DNA from: a virus
Taxonomy: Duplodnaviria > Caudoviricetes
Strand: one strand, 5' to 3'
DNA: 64,000 nt
IMG/VR virus record: IMGVR_UViG_3300033064_000910
Span: 20,769 to 84,768 of that record
The position numbers were made by a program, and so were the translations under genes. Of this stretch, positions 37,284 to 47,734 are shown one piece after another; position 1 is the stretch's first letter; each line of letters begins with the position of its first letter. The notes under the pieces are model-generated. The model saw only the letters and a program-made list of their open reading frames with translations, made no database searches and had not been told where the DNA came from.

Positions 37284-39451
37284 GTTTTAACTGTTAAATC
37301 TAATAAAGAAAATCCTTCCGCTTGTTTACTATACAATTTGTTAGTTGTATAACGTGGTCTTGGATAATTAGCAAATACGTGATTATACCAAAGGTCTCCA
37401 ACATCCCAACCACAATCTTTTAATCTATCTGCCCACCATTGCTTTTCTCTATTTGGAATTAAATAACAATGTGCAAGGTCTTGATTCGGTGCTGTTTTTG
37501 AAAACAACTCATCTATTTTTTCTTTACTTCTCGATGGATTATCTGCGAATGAAATGAATGGTACATCATCTCTTTCCGATAAGAAACATGCTCTATGTAC
37601 TATCTCAACAAATTCTTCTAATCCAGTATAGATAAATGCATCTGCTTCAAATACTAAAGTGTAATCAAAGTTTTCAGTATCCATAGTTTCTAATGCCATT
37701 CTATGTGCCAAATAACATCCGTAGTGTCTACCTGTCATCCATCCTAAACCTGCACCAGGATATAATTCTCCCGGTTTATTATCTTTACTTATATGTTCAG
37801 GCCTTCTACAATTCTCAGCAGGCGCAAATCCTTCGTATGGTTGGTTTACAATTGGTTCATAATACATTCCATATTTTTCCAATTGTTTAATAGATTGAAT
37901 AGATACTCTTTCTCTCATATCATCCGGTCTAGTCAACATATGCTTTATTTGAATACGAGGTTTCTTACGATACCAAGTTCTAAATCCTCTACTAAATTGT
38001 TTATAAAAGAATTCATCTGCCGCTTGTGTTACGCCTGGAAAATAACTTCCACCATAATCATCCCCACTAATAATACCACCTGGTTTTATTTTATTATACC
38101 ATATTTTTATATCATTAGTAACATCTTCGTATGAATGTCCAGCATCTAACATTATATAATCAATACTATTATTTGTAAATTGATTAGCTGCATTATGTGA
38201 AGTATCTTTTATAATATCAAACGAACCATAATTATTTGAAAGAACTGTATTATCTATAAATTCATAAAATATATCTCCATTAAATGCTCCTACAATATTT
38301 TGGTGCAACTCCTCATCATCAGTTCCTTTGAAAGTATCTATTGTTACAAAATTAACTTCTTTTTTTAATTCTTTAAGTTTATCTAACAAATAGTTTGCGG
38401 ATTTACCAAGCCAAGTTCCAACCTCAACCAATGTAGAATTAGGTGTAACATTATCAGCAACATAATCGTATAAATCATTGTAAGAAAAATAACCAGGTAC
38501 TTCATTAAATTCAGGTTGTAATTTTTCTAAAATAATTCGTTTAGTTAATTTTAAATCATCATCTATATAAGTTACTAATGGATTGGTATCGTATGTATCC
38601 AAATATGTATATAACTTTCTAAATATAGAAGGTAATTTATAACTCAATGCTTCTTTTACAGACAATGGGTTTAATTCTAATTTAGAACTAAAATAAAACA
38701 TATCACACGCTGAATAGAATTTATCCACATCATTTCTTTCTCCCCATATAATACAATTATCAGGAACAAATTTCATCAATGGACCCCAATAATGTTCAAA
38801 ATTACCAGCTTGATTTCCTACAAAGTGAAATTTAATTTTATACTTTTCTAATTGTCTTGCTATTGCAAATATTTCAGCCTGATTTTTACCAGGTGCAAAT
38901 AATCCAACATTAAGTATGTGTTTCCAAGTTGGGTCTAATCCTAATTCTTTTTGAGCAGCTGATTTATCAAATGCATATTCTTCAATAGGGTATTCCCATA
39001 CATCAGTTTCTACTCCAGTATCAATAAATTTCTGTCTACTCCATTCGGATACTAAAACATATCTATCAGGATGATAAGATATTTCAGATGGATTTGTCAA
39101 TGAACCATGTGTTGATGCTACTATAAAATACTTTCGTTTATCTGAAAATATTCTGTCTAATATGTTTGTTGCTAAATCGAATTGTGGTATCTCTTGAAAA
39201 TGTATAATATCAGGTTGGAATACATTTATAATATCAACTATTTGTGATTTGTTATCTCCAAGTGTGTGTATAGGTACTAATGATTTGATTCTATTTTTTT
39301 GAACCACGAAAGCATCACCACCACTATTGTTTATTTCAACAATTTCGATTTCAAACTCATTGATAAAATGCTTTACCTGTTTGTATGTATATTGAGGTTG
39401 TCCGCCGGTAGAAAGATGTGGACAGACATAAAGTAACTTTTTCTTTGCCAT
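37274..39451 (-). CDS. GT4-like glycosyltransferase + class I SAM methyltransferase + GT25-like glycosyltransferase fusion
   Basis: HLSTGGQPQY, GLFAPGKNQ, SKLELNPLSVKEAL; LVEVGTWLGKS, LDAGHSYE, GGIISGDDY; YGCYLAH, LVFEADA. Confidence 0.8.
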   Translation of the reverse strand: MAKKKLLYVCPHLSTGGQPQYTYKQVKHFINEFEIEIVEINNSGGDAFVVQKNRIKSLVPIHTLGDNKSQIVDIINVFQPDIIHFQEIPQFDLATNILDRIFSDKRKYFIVASTHGSLTNPSEISYHPDRYVLVSEWSRQKFIDTGVETDVWEYPIEEYAFDKSAAQKELGLDPTWKHILNVGLFAPGKNQAEIFAIARQLEKYKIKFHFVGNQAGNFEHYWGPLMKFVPDNCIIWGERNDVDKFYSACDMFYFSSKLELNPLSVKEALSYKLPSIFRKLYTYLDTYDTNPLVTYIDDDLKLTKRIILEKLQPEFNEVPGYFSYNDLYDYVADNVTPNSTLVEVGTWLGKSANYLLDKLKELKKEVNFVTIDTFKGTDDEELHQNIVGAFNGDIFYEFIDNTVLSNNYGSFDIIKDTSHNAANQFTNNSIDYIMLDAGHSYEDVTNDIKIWYNKIKPGGIISGDDYGGSYFPGVTQAADEFFYKQFSRGFRTWYRKKPRIQIKHMLTRPDDMRERVSIQSIKQLEKYGMYYEPIVNQPYEGFAPAENCRRPEHISKDNKPGELYPGAGLGWMTGRHYGCYLAHRMALETMDTENFDYTLVFEADAFIYTGLEEFVEIVHRACFLSERDDVPFISFADNPSRSKEKIDELFSKTAPNQDLAHCYLIPNREKQWWADRLKDCGWDVGDLWYNHVFANYPRPRYTTNKLYSKQAEGFSLLDLTVKTWS

Positions 39452-39458
39452 ATTGTAA

Positions 39459-39490
39459 CAAATATACGAATTTTTTTTAAAATAACCAAA
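39459..39490 (-). promoter_or_regulatory. Bacteroidota-type sigma-A promoter of the glycosylation operon
   Basis: Exact TTTG-N20-TATATTTG, 7 nt before the ATG. Confidence 0.85.
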
Positions 39491-39496
39491 TTTATT

Positions 39497-39748
39497 TTAG
39501 AAAGTTACATTACCTTCTACTAAATTAATTTCTCCGTTTGGATATTTTTGATTTAAATCGGCTAAGATTATATTTAATTCTTTATTTGTTTGAACATATT
39601 CATCTTCTATAACTAATATGATTTTATTCAATTCAGCTACATCCAAATGCAATTGTCCTGCATTTGCAATTAGTTCGTTTTTGCGGTTATTAAGTTCTTT
39701 TATCTTTGATAAAATACTTTCTTCTAATTTTTCAGTTTGTAATCCCAT
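39497..39748 (-). CDS. Coiled-coil hypothetical protein, paralogue of 35300-35701
   Basis: KLEESILSKIKELN vs KLDEGVLKSITELN; late motif at 39768. Confidence 0.7.
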   Translation of the reverse strand: MGLQTEKLEESILSKIKELNNRKNELIANAGQLHLDVAELNKIILVIEDEYVQTNKELNIILADLNQKYPNGEINLVEGNVTF

Positions 39749-39782
39749 AATATTATTTTTTATATATATAAATATATAGTTT

Positions 39783-42700
39783 TTATATTTTTGAAGAACT
39801 TATGTATGCTTCTAAAGCTTCCACTTTATCCATTAATATTTGAACTGCTTTTGTTAGTGGAACTACTATTTTGTCATAAGATAATGAATCTGTTGTTACT
39901 AGACTTCCACTAACTCCATAAGAAACATATCTTCTTAATTCAGGATCCTCATCTAACCATTCTGCTATAAATCCACCCATTTTACCAATGTATTCTTTTG
40001 CGTTTGGCATCGGATATGTCATCGAATAATCTTCTTTACCATTTGTTTCGTATGTAGTACTATTAACTACTTGCAAAGGTGTATATAAAATAGGTTTTAA
40101 TTTTTTTATACTATCATATGCACTATTTGGATAATCTTCTATATCCGTTTTAATTCTTATAGTAGATGAATCAAATATCAATTCTCTACCAGATATACCA
40201 AATACGGTATTACCAGGTCTTAAGCGTGCGGTTGCAACGTTTGCTGTTTGCGATGGCCAATTTTGCCCAGTCATCTTTGAATTAGTTCCATCTGTTCCAA
40301 AACGAATACCACCACTTGTGTTGGATGTTCCAATGTAACCACCCGCTATCAATATGTTATTTCCAGCACCAGATACGGTCACATCACCCGCCAATACCTC
40401 AATTGCTTTTGCTGTTGCTGATACGTTGGTGTTTGTAATTTGTATACCAGGATAGGACCCATCTGTTGCTATTTGTATGATTGGTGTAGTTGTAGTTCTT
40501 TTAACTGAAGCGTAGTTTGTGGCATTTGATAGAACAATCAATCCATCTCTGCCAATTTCAGTTTGCGCGAATTGTAGTGATGGTGCTATCGAAGCTGGGT
40601 CTATCTGTCCATAAACAATCAAGGTTGCCGTATAGGGAATGTATCCATATAGACTTGTCACTGTATGGAAATAATAAGTACCCGCCGTTGGAAACGTCAC
40701 CGAAAACGTTCCACCACTCATAGAAGTGTAATCAGTTTCGGATGGACCAGTCATGCCACTATTATACGCTATGGTTTGATTTGAAATATTCGTACCACTG
40801 CGTGCGGCAGTTGTCCAACATTCTATTGATACACTAACGCTTGCATATCCATTAATAAAATTACTATCCGATTCCAATGTTATATAATCACTTCCAAAGT
40901 TTGGGGAAGCTAAAACATATGTACCTGCATCTGCAATAACAACTCCAACAGTATCAAGTGTCTCTTGTTGTACATATAGACTTCCCAAACTCGTATATGT
41001 ACTGGTGCCATAACTTCCAAAGTTATATGATGCAGGAGCATCAATGTTAACTGAGGTGCCTGATGATGGGATTGTAACTTCACCTTGCTTAATAAATACT
41101 CTTGGTACATTACTAGAATCGGAAATCTTAATTTGTTTAAGAGATGCATCTAAAACAATTTGTTCACTATTATGTTGAAAATTTCCGTCCGAAACTTCCC
41201 AATCACCAATTTGAGAAACAGTATTCGCATCGGTTTCGATTTTTCCTCTAATTGTTAAAGTTGCATTATCCCAACGCATATATGGTGGTTTACTACCTAC
41301 TGCGAAGTGAACATCATCAGGATTATTTCCAAATCTAAATTGTCCATCTTCTGCTAAATAAAATCCTGGAGCTGAACCCGTTATCAATGATGATACATCT
41401 GCACTCCTTATAAATCCACTCGTACTACTTTCTTGTCCTAATACTAAACCACGAGTAATAGTTGCATCTTGCGCTAATAAAATATCAGTTGCAACCGAAC
41501 TAAATGTTGCTCCAAATGATTCCCAATATGTTGTGTAACTACCACCAGTAGTAGGTTTTGTAGTTGTATCAGCTGGGGTATGTGTTACTTTACAAAGATA
41601 GTATTGCCCATCACTTCCTTTTACAACATCACGTCTTGTAGATAATGCTGGAGATGCTGGGTCTCTAAAATATTGTACACCCTGAGTCCACGGTCCTCTA
41701 TATACTACACCAGGACCGGGTCCACCTGCAGTTCCGGCAGTTCCCGCAGTACCACCACTACCCGCAGTACCGGATGTTCCTGCTGAGGCCGCAATTGACC
41801 AAGGACCTGAACCAGGATATCCTGTTAGTGCGTTTGTATTATTTGTTGCAATGTGTTGATAATTTTGTGCTTGAGCCGATGTACATTGCCAACTCTGGCC
41901 GGCATATGAAACTATATCATTTGTGAAATAGGTATCACCAGCCGTCCAAGCTCCTCTTAATGAACCTTCACTAACTCCTGGTTCAAGTTGTCTAATTGCT
42001 CCTATAATTGTTAAAGTATCACCATCCCAAAACATTCCCTTTCCAGAAGTAGAAGTGGTTTTGATTGAGAGCCTACCGGTAGTACCAGCTGCGCCATTTT
42101 CATATATTCCTAAAAATACACCCGGTCTATCATATCCTATAACTCCGGTAGCTGCTGCCGATGAACCCGCAGTTCCCGCAGTTCCCGCAGTACCAGTTTG
42201 TCCAATTGCAATATATGGGTCAGTTCTTCCACCCGCAATTACAATATTTGCGAATGGAGTGTTTATATCTTTAACTCCAACGTTAATTGTATTTTTTACA
42301 AATGATTCTTCAAATATTGCAATCTTAGCTGCTACAAAGAATTCTTCTTCACCCAAATATTGCCAATGGTCACTATCAACCCAAGGTGCCGCAGAACCAC
42401 CATTATCCGGTTGTTGAGGTCCTACAATTATTGCTGGGTTGTGTTTTTTTCCAGTATTAGGACCCGAGCCACTTGCAGCTGCCCAATAATGAGTTTCGTT
42501 ATTATAGTTTGATGGATTAGGCCATATTACCGCATCTCTACGTTTATTTGTAGTTTCAACCGCACCGATGTAATCAACACTACCACTCCAAATACCTCTC
42601 ATTACAATACCAGGTCCTGTATTACCTTCATATTGTATTGATAATGATTGTGTTTTAAATATAGTGCTTCCACTTACAATACTTCCAGAATATTCACAAT

Positions 42701-45700
42701 CTATTTGATAAACAATTTCTGCGGTTGGATTATTTACAGGATCATCCCAACCGGTAATACTTCCAATTGTTGCAGGAGTTCCACTTATGAATCCGCCGGC
42801 AGTTAAACCGCCGGCTAAAGTAATATGACCTGGTTTTGATGATAAACTTACTCTACATTTATTTGGAAATCCAAATGTACCAAAAGCATCATATTGTCCA
42901 CCGCCAGGTCCAACAAAAGATGCCGTATTTGTTAATTCAAGATTACCCCTATATGCTCTAATAATGTTACTTGTTCCTGTTATATCATATTCTCCGGATA
43001 CCTTATAAACTACTGATGCATTTTCATTTGTCATTGTCACCGCATAAGGAGCAGGTGGTGTAAATTGTACAGATATTGATTGAGTTACAAATTGTATTTG
43101 TCTAGCTAATGGTCTTACCAGCACATTAGTTGATGAGGAATCTCCTTCAAAATCTACTCTATATACAATTTTTCCAGATGTATTTACAGCTGGTGAAGTC
43201 CAACTAATTATATCTCCAATTGTTGCCGGATTGGTTGTAGTGAGAGGAAATACGGTTGATTGATTAATCCAATTATCTTTGTAAACAATGGATGCTGATG
43301 AAAATCCTAATACCCCAATTGGTTCATTGTTAAAATCTAAATCATTTGGATTGTTAGGAAGTGGTAATGGATTTGCGTTTGTTAGTTGTTCATTACCATT
43401 GAATGTTGTTATTTTCATTCCCGTACCGGTAATATTTGTTGTCCACAAATCCGCAGTTATAGAACAATTATCATTGGTTGAAGCGAGTTTATATGAATCA
43501 GCCCCTGCCTTTACACCAGATATGGTTAATTGAGCTTCTGCTCTATATGGGTTTACAGTTGGAGATGTATATGGATTTCCGTCTGTTATTTTAACTTTAA
43601 ATGTTTTTTGTGTATCAGGTGCTATATCAGAATAGTTCACTTGGTCAAACAAATCACAAAAAGCGGGATTTCCAGAACCAACAAATTGTGAATTAAATGT
43701 TTCAGAACCATCTAAGGCAACATCGTATATAGAAAAATATACTTTATCCGCAGATGATGTTGTATTAAATGCAGTTGCAGATAATATAATTGGATTATTA
43801 GATAAAGCACTAACTCTACCATTTCTATCATAGTTTACTGTATATGAAGATGCTTTAAAATCAACACTACGTGCTTTGGGTGGTGTTACGTTTTTTGTAA
43901 ATGTTTGAGTACGAGTAAAAATAGATGATGTATATAGATGTCCGGCTCCTAATGCAAACGGATATACTTGAATGGTATATATTGCATTAGCCGAAACATA
44001 TGGATAATCAAATCTATTAAAATTTAAAGTTGCTGTACTAAATGATGATGAACTAGGTCCATGTGTATTAAATAACGTTGGACTTGTAAAATCAGTACCA
44101 GAGCCAGTTCTAATAGGCCATATTCCTAATGAACTACTAGTTTCTACTTTATTTATTCTCCAAGTACCAGGATCAGTTGATTGAGTTGTAAATCTTAAAA
44201 AATCATCTCCTTCTTTTACTTGAATTGTTGTATTAGCAGCTGCATAATTTGTATTAGTAACAAATCCAACTTCATCTGCTATCAATGATGGTGATAGTGG
44301 TGATATCAATATTTGAATTGGTGGAGCTCCTTCTAATACCTTAGTATAATTAACAACCACACTCGCCGTATAAATTGAAGATGTAAAGTATGGATGTATA
44401 ATTAATGGATACTCAATACTTCCACTTAATTCTCTCATATTAGATGAAGCACTTACTATCAATGATGATGTATATGGTACTCCAAATGATGATGTAAATT
44501 GTACATTACCAGCTTTAACATTTTTTTCAATTATAGAAGAAGTTGCTATATAAAAAGTACCATGTGTACTTAAATCATTTAAAGTATAAGCACTTGAACT
44601 AAACGCAAGATAGGAAGCACCTTGCTTTAATTTAATATCAGTAATAGATGGTCTAAAATCATTTATAACCCCTCTTGAGTTTGCTCCAAGCGTAATTGAT
44701 ATCGGATTTACTTCAAATACAATACTTTCATCTCCTTGCTTACCTTCCGGTACAATTGTAAATGTTTTATCAATGCTCACCGATGCCGAAGTCCAAGGCT
44801 CAGTATAAACAAATGTTAATGTTAAATTTTTACTTTGATTTAAAGGACTCCTAACATTGCCAGTTGGTGTTTGTGATGGTATTATATTTTTATTCTCATC
44901 TCTAGCAACAACCGTTAAAGTTGGGTCTAAACTTTGTGTATGATAATATAACCAATATTCAGGTACCCAATCTTTATTAATTGACATTGATGGATATACC
45001 TGAAATGATGATGTTATGTTTTCATTTTCGCCCGCAGTACCTCTTTTTGCAAATGATGATGTTGCGAATGCAAATGTTGGTCTAAATAAATTTTCAATTC
45101 TCGGATTTATTGTAAACGTATCTACATTAAATAATACTTTACCACTATCTAAACCATCTTGTAAATCTTCCAATATGATTGATGCCAATATAGAAGAAGA
45201 TACTTCATATGCAAATTTACCCGCATTAGAAGATGATGGTATTAAGAAAATTGTTCTTCTAAAATCTATTGAATCTCTATTGAATACTGCATTATAATCT
45301 ATTTGACTTGTACCAATAGAGCCAGTTGTTAACCCATAAATCATGCCACTTGCAGTAACGTATGATAAGTTTACAAATTTATCAGGTTCTAAATTTGGAT
45401 TTGATTCATAATTTTTTGAACGAGATATAATGTGTAGTTGGATATCAGAAAAGTTTTTGTAAGATTGTTTACTTAATAAAATATCATTTATACCATCAAT
45501 TCTTACCGCTTGAATTTCCAAAGATGAAGTGCTACTATTTCTAATTTGAGTTCCTCTAAACGGTCTAATAATGTGGTTTACTCCGCCAAATCCATCCAAT
45601 ATTTTGTATATATTAATTGTATCGGTGAATCCTTCACATTCTCCGGTTATCTTTACCAATTGAACATTTATATCAGTTCTAGATCCTGTGAAATCCTGAA

Positions 45701-47648
45701 CTCTCATAAAAACATTACCAGTTCCTATTCCCTGCAATACACCAGGATATTGTCCACTACCAGAATAAAGTGGTATTGGCTGTTGATATATAGATTGGGT
45801 ATATTGTGATGAAGATAATGTGTTTCCAAAAAAATCAAATGATGCCGATGTATAATGTACCGAACCTGTTAGTAAAGTTTTTTCTTCCTCTATTGTTATA
45901 ATTGTAGGTGGTACTGGATTAGAACCAGAATCAAATTGAAATCCTGCACTCGATGCTATTAATCTTAATTGTTTTCTAATTGTTTGTAAATTACCCCCAT
46001 CAAATGTTTTAGATTCTTCTACTAATACGGGAACATAGTTGTTATTTATATCATAAAATTCAAAACGATAATCAAAGGTTTCAATTGGTAAACTTCTTGG
46101 CACTGATTGTATAAATGTTATCTCATCAGGAGAATATGCCGTTTCTTGAGCGGCTCTTAAACTTACATCAGCTATATGCCATCCAGTTCCTTTTACATCA
46201 AAATATAGTTTTGAATTTGTAAAATTTTCAGCTTTAAAATTTACAGACGCTATTTGTTTTTGTAAAATAACAGATGAATCCGCTTTAAATGTTACTATAT
46301 CTTGTTCATCTCCACCAATTACCGAATCTTTAGAACCACTAATAAAAACTCTAAGTTGACCTAATTGTCCTATGGTTGTACTATTTCCTCTGTAATTTAA
46401 TCCAATTGTATATTCTGTATTTTCGGTTAGATTAAATGATTTTGATGTGTAATAATAATTCGATGATAAGTTTCCATCTAATTTTACCGAATTAAATAAA
46501 TAATCTTGATTAAATGTTGTTGTTAAAGAATTTGATGATGTTACCCAATACCCAGTTGGGTGTTGTGATTTAAAATTTTCTTTATCAAAAATTCCATAGA
46601 ATTCTTGATTTTTTATTTGAGATTCTAAATCTATAAGTAATTCATTTGATTCTAATTGTATTTCCTGAATAAATTGATAATCCGCTAAATCTGATTGTGA
46701 TTTTCTAAATATTTTTACTCTAGCAACATCTCCAACAAATGTAGTTAAATCTAGGATATTAATTTTAGCAAAAGAACCAGTCAATGCCGTTTTTAAATTA
46801 TCAACTCCTTCTGTATAATTAAAAGATGCGGTAAATCCTTCATTTGTAAAATTTTCAACTGGAGCAGCCGAACCCAATGAAGTATCGCTATATGGTGGTT
46901 GAACAATAATTTGTCTGTCATTTATTATTTCAGTTACTAATGGTCTATAATCTAAATTTGGAAATTCTAAATAAGTATCAACTACTGATGCTGTCCAAAA
47001 TGCATTACCTACCGTAGTTAGTAGATATGAAGTTGGTGATGCATAATTTAATAATGGTTGCCCAGCTACAGGAGTTTGTGATGTACCATTTACTGAACCC
47101 GTTTGTGTTTTTTGTGCAACAACGTTTGAAAATATTGGTTTTACTATTTCGGTAATATTAACAACCGGTCTTTTATAAAATCTAACTTTATCTTCATTGG
47201 AAAGTAATCTGTTTACTTTAAATGTTTTTTCCCATTTTAAATTATAAACACTTTTCCACTCATCTGGAATTTCTTGCGTTATCCCATCTACATCTATGTA
47301 ATTTTTTGCTTCTCCTAAAATTGTAATCTTAGCTTCCCCAATTGGAGTATCTTCATAAACATAAACTGCAATTAATTTTGATAATCCCTCATAGTATTCA
47401 GGAACACCATTACCAGGCTCATAATATATTGGGTCTCCATTAACATCTAATATTTGAATTTTTATTTCAGTTGTTTCTTTTAGATATGGAGAGCCTTCGA
47501 TTAAAAACCCATTTTTACCGCCAGTAAATGTATTGGCAAATTCAGTTATTTTGAAATAAGTTGAATTGGGGTTATCATCTACCAAAAACGTATTATAATT
47601 TGTTAATGGTGCTGTTAATGTTTCAGCATATTTTTTTATTATCGGCAT
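39783..47648 (-). CDS. Large tail/host-recognition protein with repeated beta domains, three CBM5/12-like modules and a C-terminal intramolecular chaperone (peptidase S74-like)
   Basis: 2621 aa; RG.W.....Y...D modules; GTA/GTS triplets; C-terminus SSTIRIKTDIED...LKP...GFIAE...LSYDKIVVPLTKAVQIL. Confidence 0.8.
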   Translation of the reverse strand: MPIIKKYAETLTAPLTNYNTFLVDDNPNSTYFKITEFANTFTGGKNGFLIEGSPYLKETTEIKIQILDVNGDPIYYEPGNGVPEYYEGLSKLIAVYVYEDTPIGEAKITILGEAKNYIDVDGITQEIPDEWKSVYNLKWEKTFKVNRLLSNEDKVRFYKRPVVNITEIVKPIFSNVVAQKTQTGSVNGTSQTPVAGQPLLNYASPTSYLLTTVGNAFWTASVVDTYLEFPNLDYRPLVTEIINDRQIIVQPPYSDTSLGSAAPVENFTNEGFTASFNYTEGVDNLKTALTGSFAKINILDLTTFVGDVARVKIFRKSQSDLADYQFIQEIQLESNELLIDLESQIKNQEFYGIFDKENFKSQHPTGYWVTSSNSLTTTFNQDYLFNSVKLDGNLSSNYYYTSKSFNLTENTEYTIGLNYRGNSTTIGQLGQLRVFISGSKDSVIGGDEQDIVTFKADSSVILQKQIASVNFKAENFTNSKLYFDVKGTGWHIADVSLRAAQETAYSPDEITFIQSVPRSLPIETFDYRFEFYDINNNYVPVLVEESKTFDGGNLQTIRKQLRLIASSAGFQFDSGSNPVPPTIITIEEEKTLLTGSVHYTSASFDFFGNTLSSSQYTQSIYQQPIPLYSGSGQYPGVLQGIGTGNVFMRVQDFTGSRTDINVQLVKITGECEGFTDTINIYKILDGFGGVNHIIRPFRGTQIRNSSTSSLEIQAVRIDGINDILLSKQSYKNFSDIQLHIISRSKNYESNPNLEPDKFVNLSYVTASGMIYGLTTGSIGTSQIDYNAVFNRDSIDFRRTIFLIPSSSNAGKFAYEVSSSILASIILEDLQDGLDSGKVLFNVDTFTINPRIENLFRPTFAFATSSFAKRGTAGENENITSSFQVYPSMSINKDWVPEYWLYYHTQSLDPTLTVVARDENKNIIPSQTPTGNVRSPLNQSKNLTLTFVYTEPWTSASVSIDKTFTIVPEGKQGDESIVFEVNPISITLGANSRGVINDFRPSITDIKLKQGASYLAFSSSAYTLNDLSTHGTFYIATSSIIEKNVKAGNVQFTSSFGVPYTSSLIVSASSNMRELSGSIEYPLIIHPYFTSSIYTASVVVNYTKVLEGAPPIQILISPLSPSLIADEVGFVTNTNYAAANTTIQVKEGDDFLRFTTQSTDPGTWRINKVETSSSLGIWPIRTGSGTDFTSPTLFNTHGPSSSSFSTATLNFNRFDYPYVSANAIYTIQVYPFALGAGHLYTSSIFTRTQTFTKNVTPPKARSVDFKASSYTVNYDRNGRVSALSNNPIILSATAFNTTSSADKVYFSIYDVALDGSETFNSQFVGSGNPAFCDLFDQVNYSDIAPDTQKTFKVKITDGNPYTSPTVNPYRAEAQLTISGVKAGADSYKLASTNDNCSITADLWTTNITGTGMKITTFNGNEQLTNANPLPLPNNPNDLDFNNEPIGVLGFSSASIVYKDNWINQSTVFPLTTTNPATIGDIISWTSPAVNTSGKIVYRVDFEGDSSSTNVLVRPLARQIQFVTQSISVQFTPPAPYAVTMTNENASVVYKVSGEYDITGTSNIIRAYRGNLELTNTASFVGPGGGQYDAFGTFGFPNKCRVSLSSKPGHITLAGGLTAGGFISGTPATIGSITGWDDPVNNPTAEIVYQIDCEYSGSIVSGSTIFKTQSLSIQYEGNTGPGIVMRGIWSGSVDYIGAVETTNKRRDAVIWPNPSNYNNETHYWAAASGSGPNTGKKHNPAIIVGPQQPDNGGSAAPWVDSDHWQYLGEEEFFVAAKIAIFEESFVKNTINVGVKDINTPFANIVIAGGRTDPYIAIGQTGTAGTAGTAGSSAAATGVIGYDRPGVFLGIYENGAAGTTGRLSIKTTSTSGKGMFWDGDTLTIIGAIRQLEPGVSEGSLRGAWTAGDTYFTNDIVSYAGQSWQCTSAQAQNYQHIATNNTNALTGYPGSGPWSIAASAGTSGTAGSGGTAGTAGTAGGPGPGVVYRGPWTQGVQYFRDPASPALSTRRDVVKGSDGQYYLCKVTHTPADTTTKPTTGGSYTTYWESFGATFSSVATDILLAQDATITRGLVLGQESSTSGFIRSADVSSLITGSAPGFYLAEDGQFRFGNNPDDVHFAVGSKPPYMRWDNATLTIRGKIETDANTVSQIGDWEVSDGNFQHNSEQIVLDASLKQIKISDSSNVPRVFIKQGEVTIPSSGTSVNIDAPASYNFGSYGTSTYTSLGSLYVQQETLDTVGVVIADAGTYVLASPNFGSDYITLESDSNFINGYASVSVSIECWTTAARSGTNISNQTIAYNSGMTGPSETDYTSMSGGTFSVTFPTAGTYYFHTVTSLYGYIPYTATLIVYGQIDPASIAPSLQFAQTEIGRDGLIVLSNATNYASVKRTTTTPIIQIATDGSYPGIQITNTNVSATAKAIEVLAGDVTVSGAGNNILIAGGYIGTSNTSGGIRFGTDGTNSKMTGQNWPSQTANVATARLRPGNTVFGISGRELIFDSSTIRIKTDIEDYPNSAYDSIKKLKPILYTPLQVVNSTTYETNGKEDYSMTYPMPNAKEYIGKMGGFIAEWLDEDPELRRYVSYGVSGSLVTTDSLSYDKIVVPLTKAVQILMDKVEALEAYISSSKI

Positions 47649-47699
47649 TTGATTCTATGATTATTTGTTAATAAATATTAATAAAAAATAATTATTTTG

Positions 47700-47707
47700 A
47701 TATTTAT
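47700..47707 (+). promoter_or_regulatory. Putative late-promoter motif ATATTTAT on the plus strand
   Basis: Precedes the only plus-strand gene and is back-to-back with the minus-strand copy at 47671-47678. Confidence 0.55.
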
Positions 47708-47734
47708 TTTAGAAAACTAAAAAAAACTAAAATT

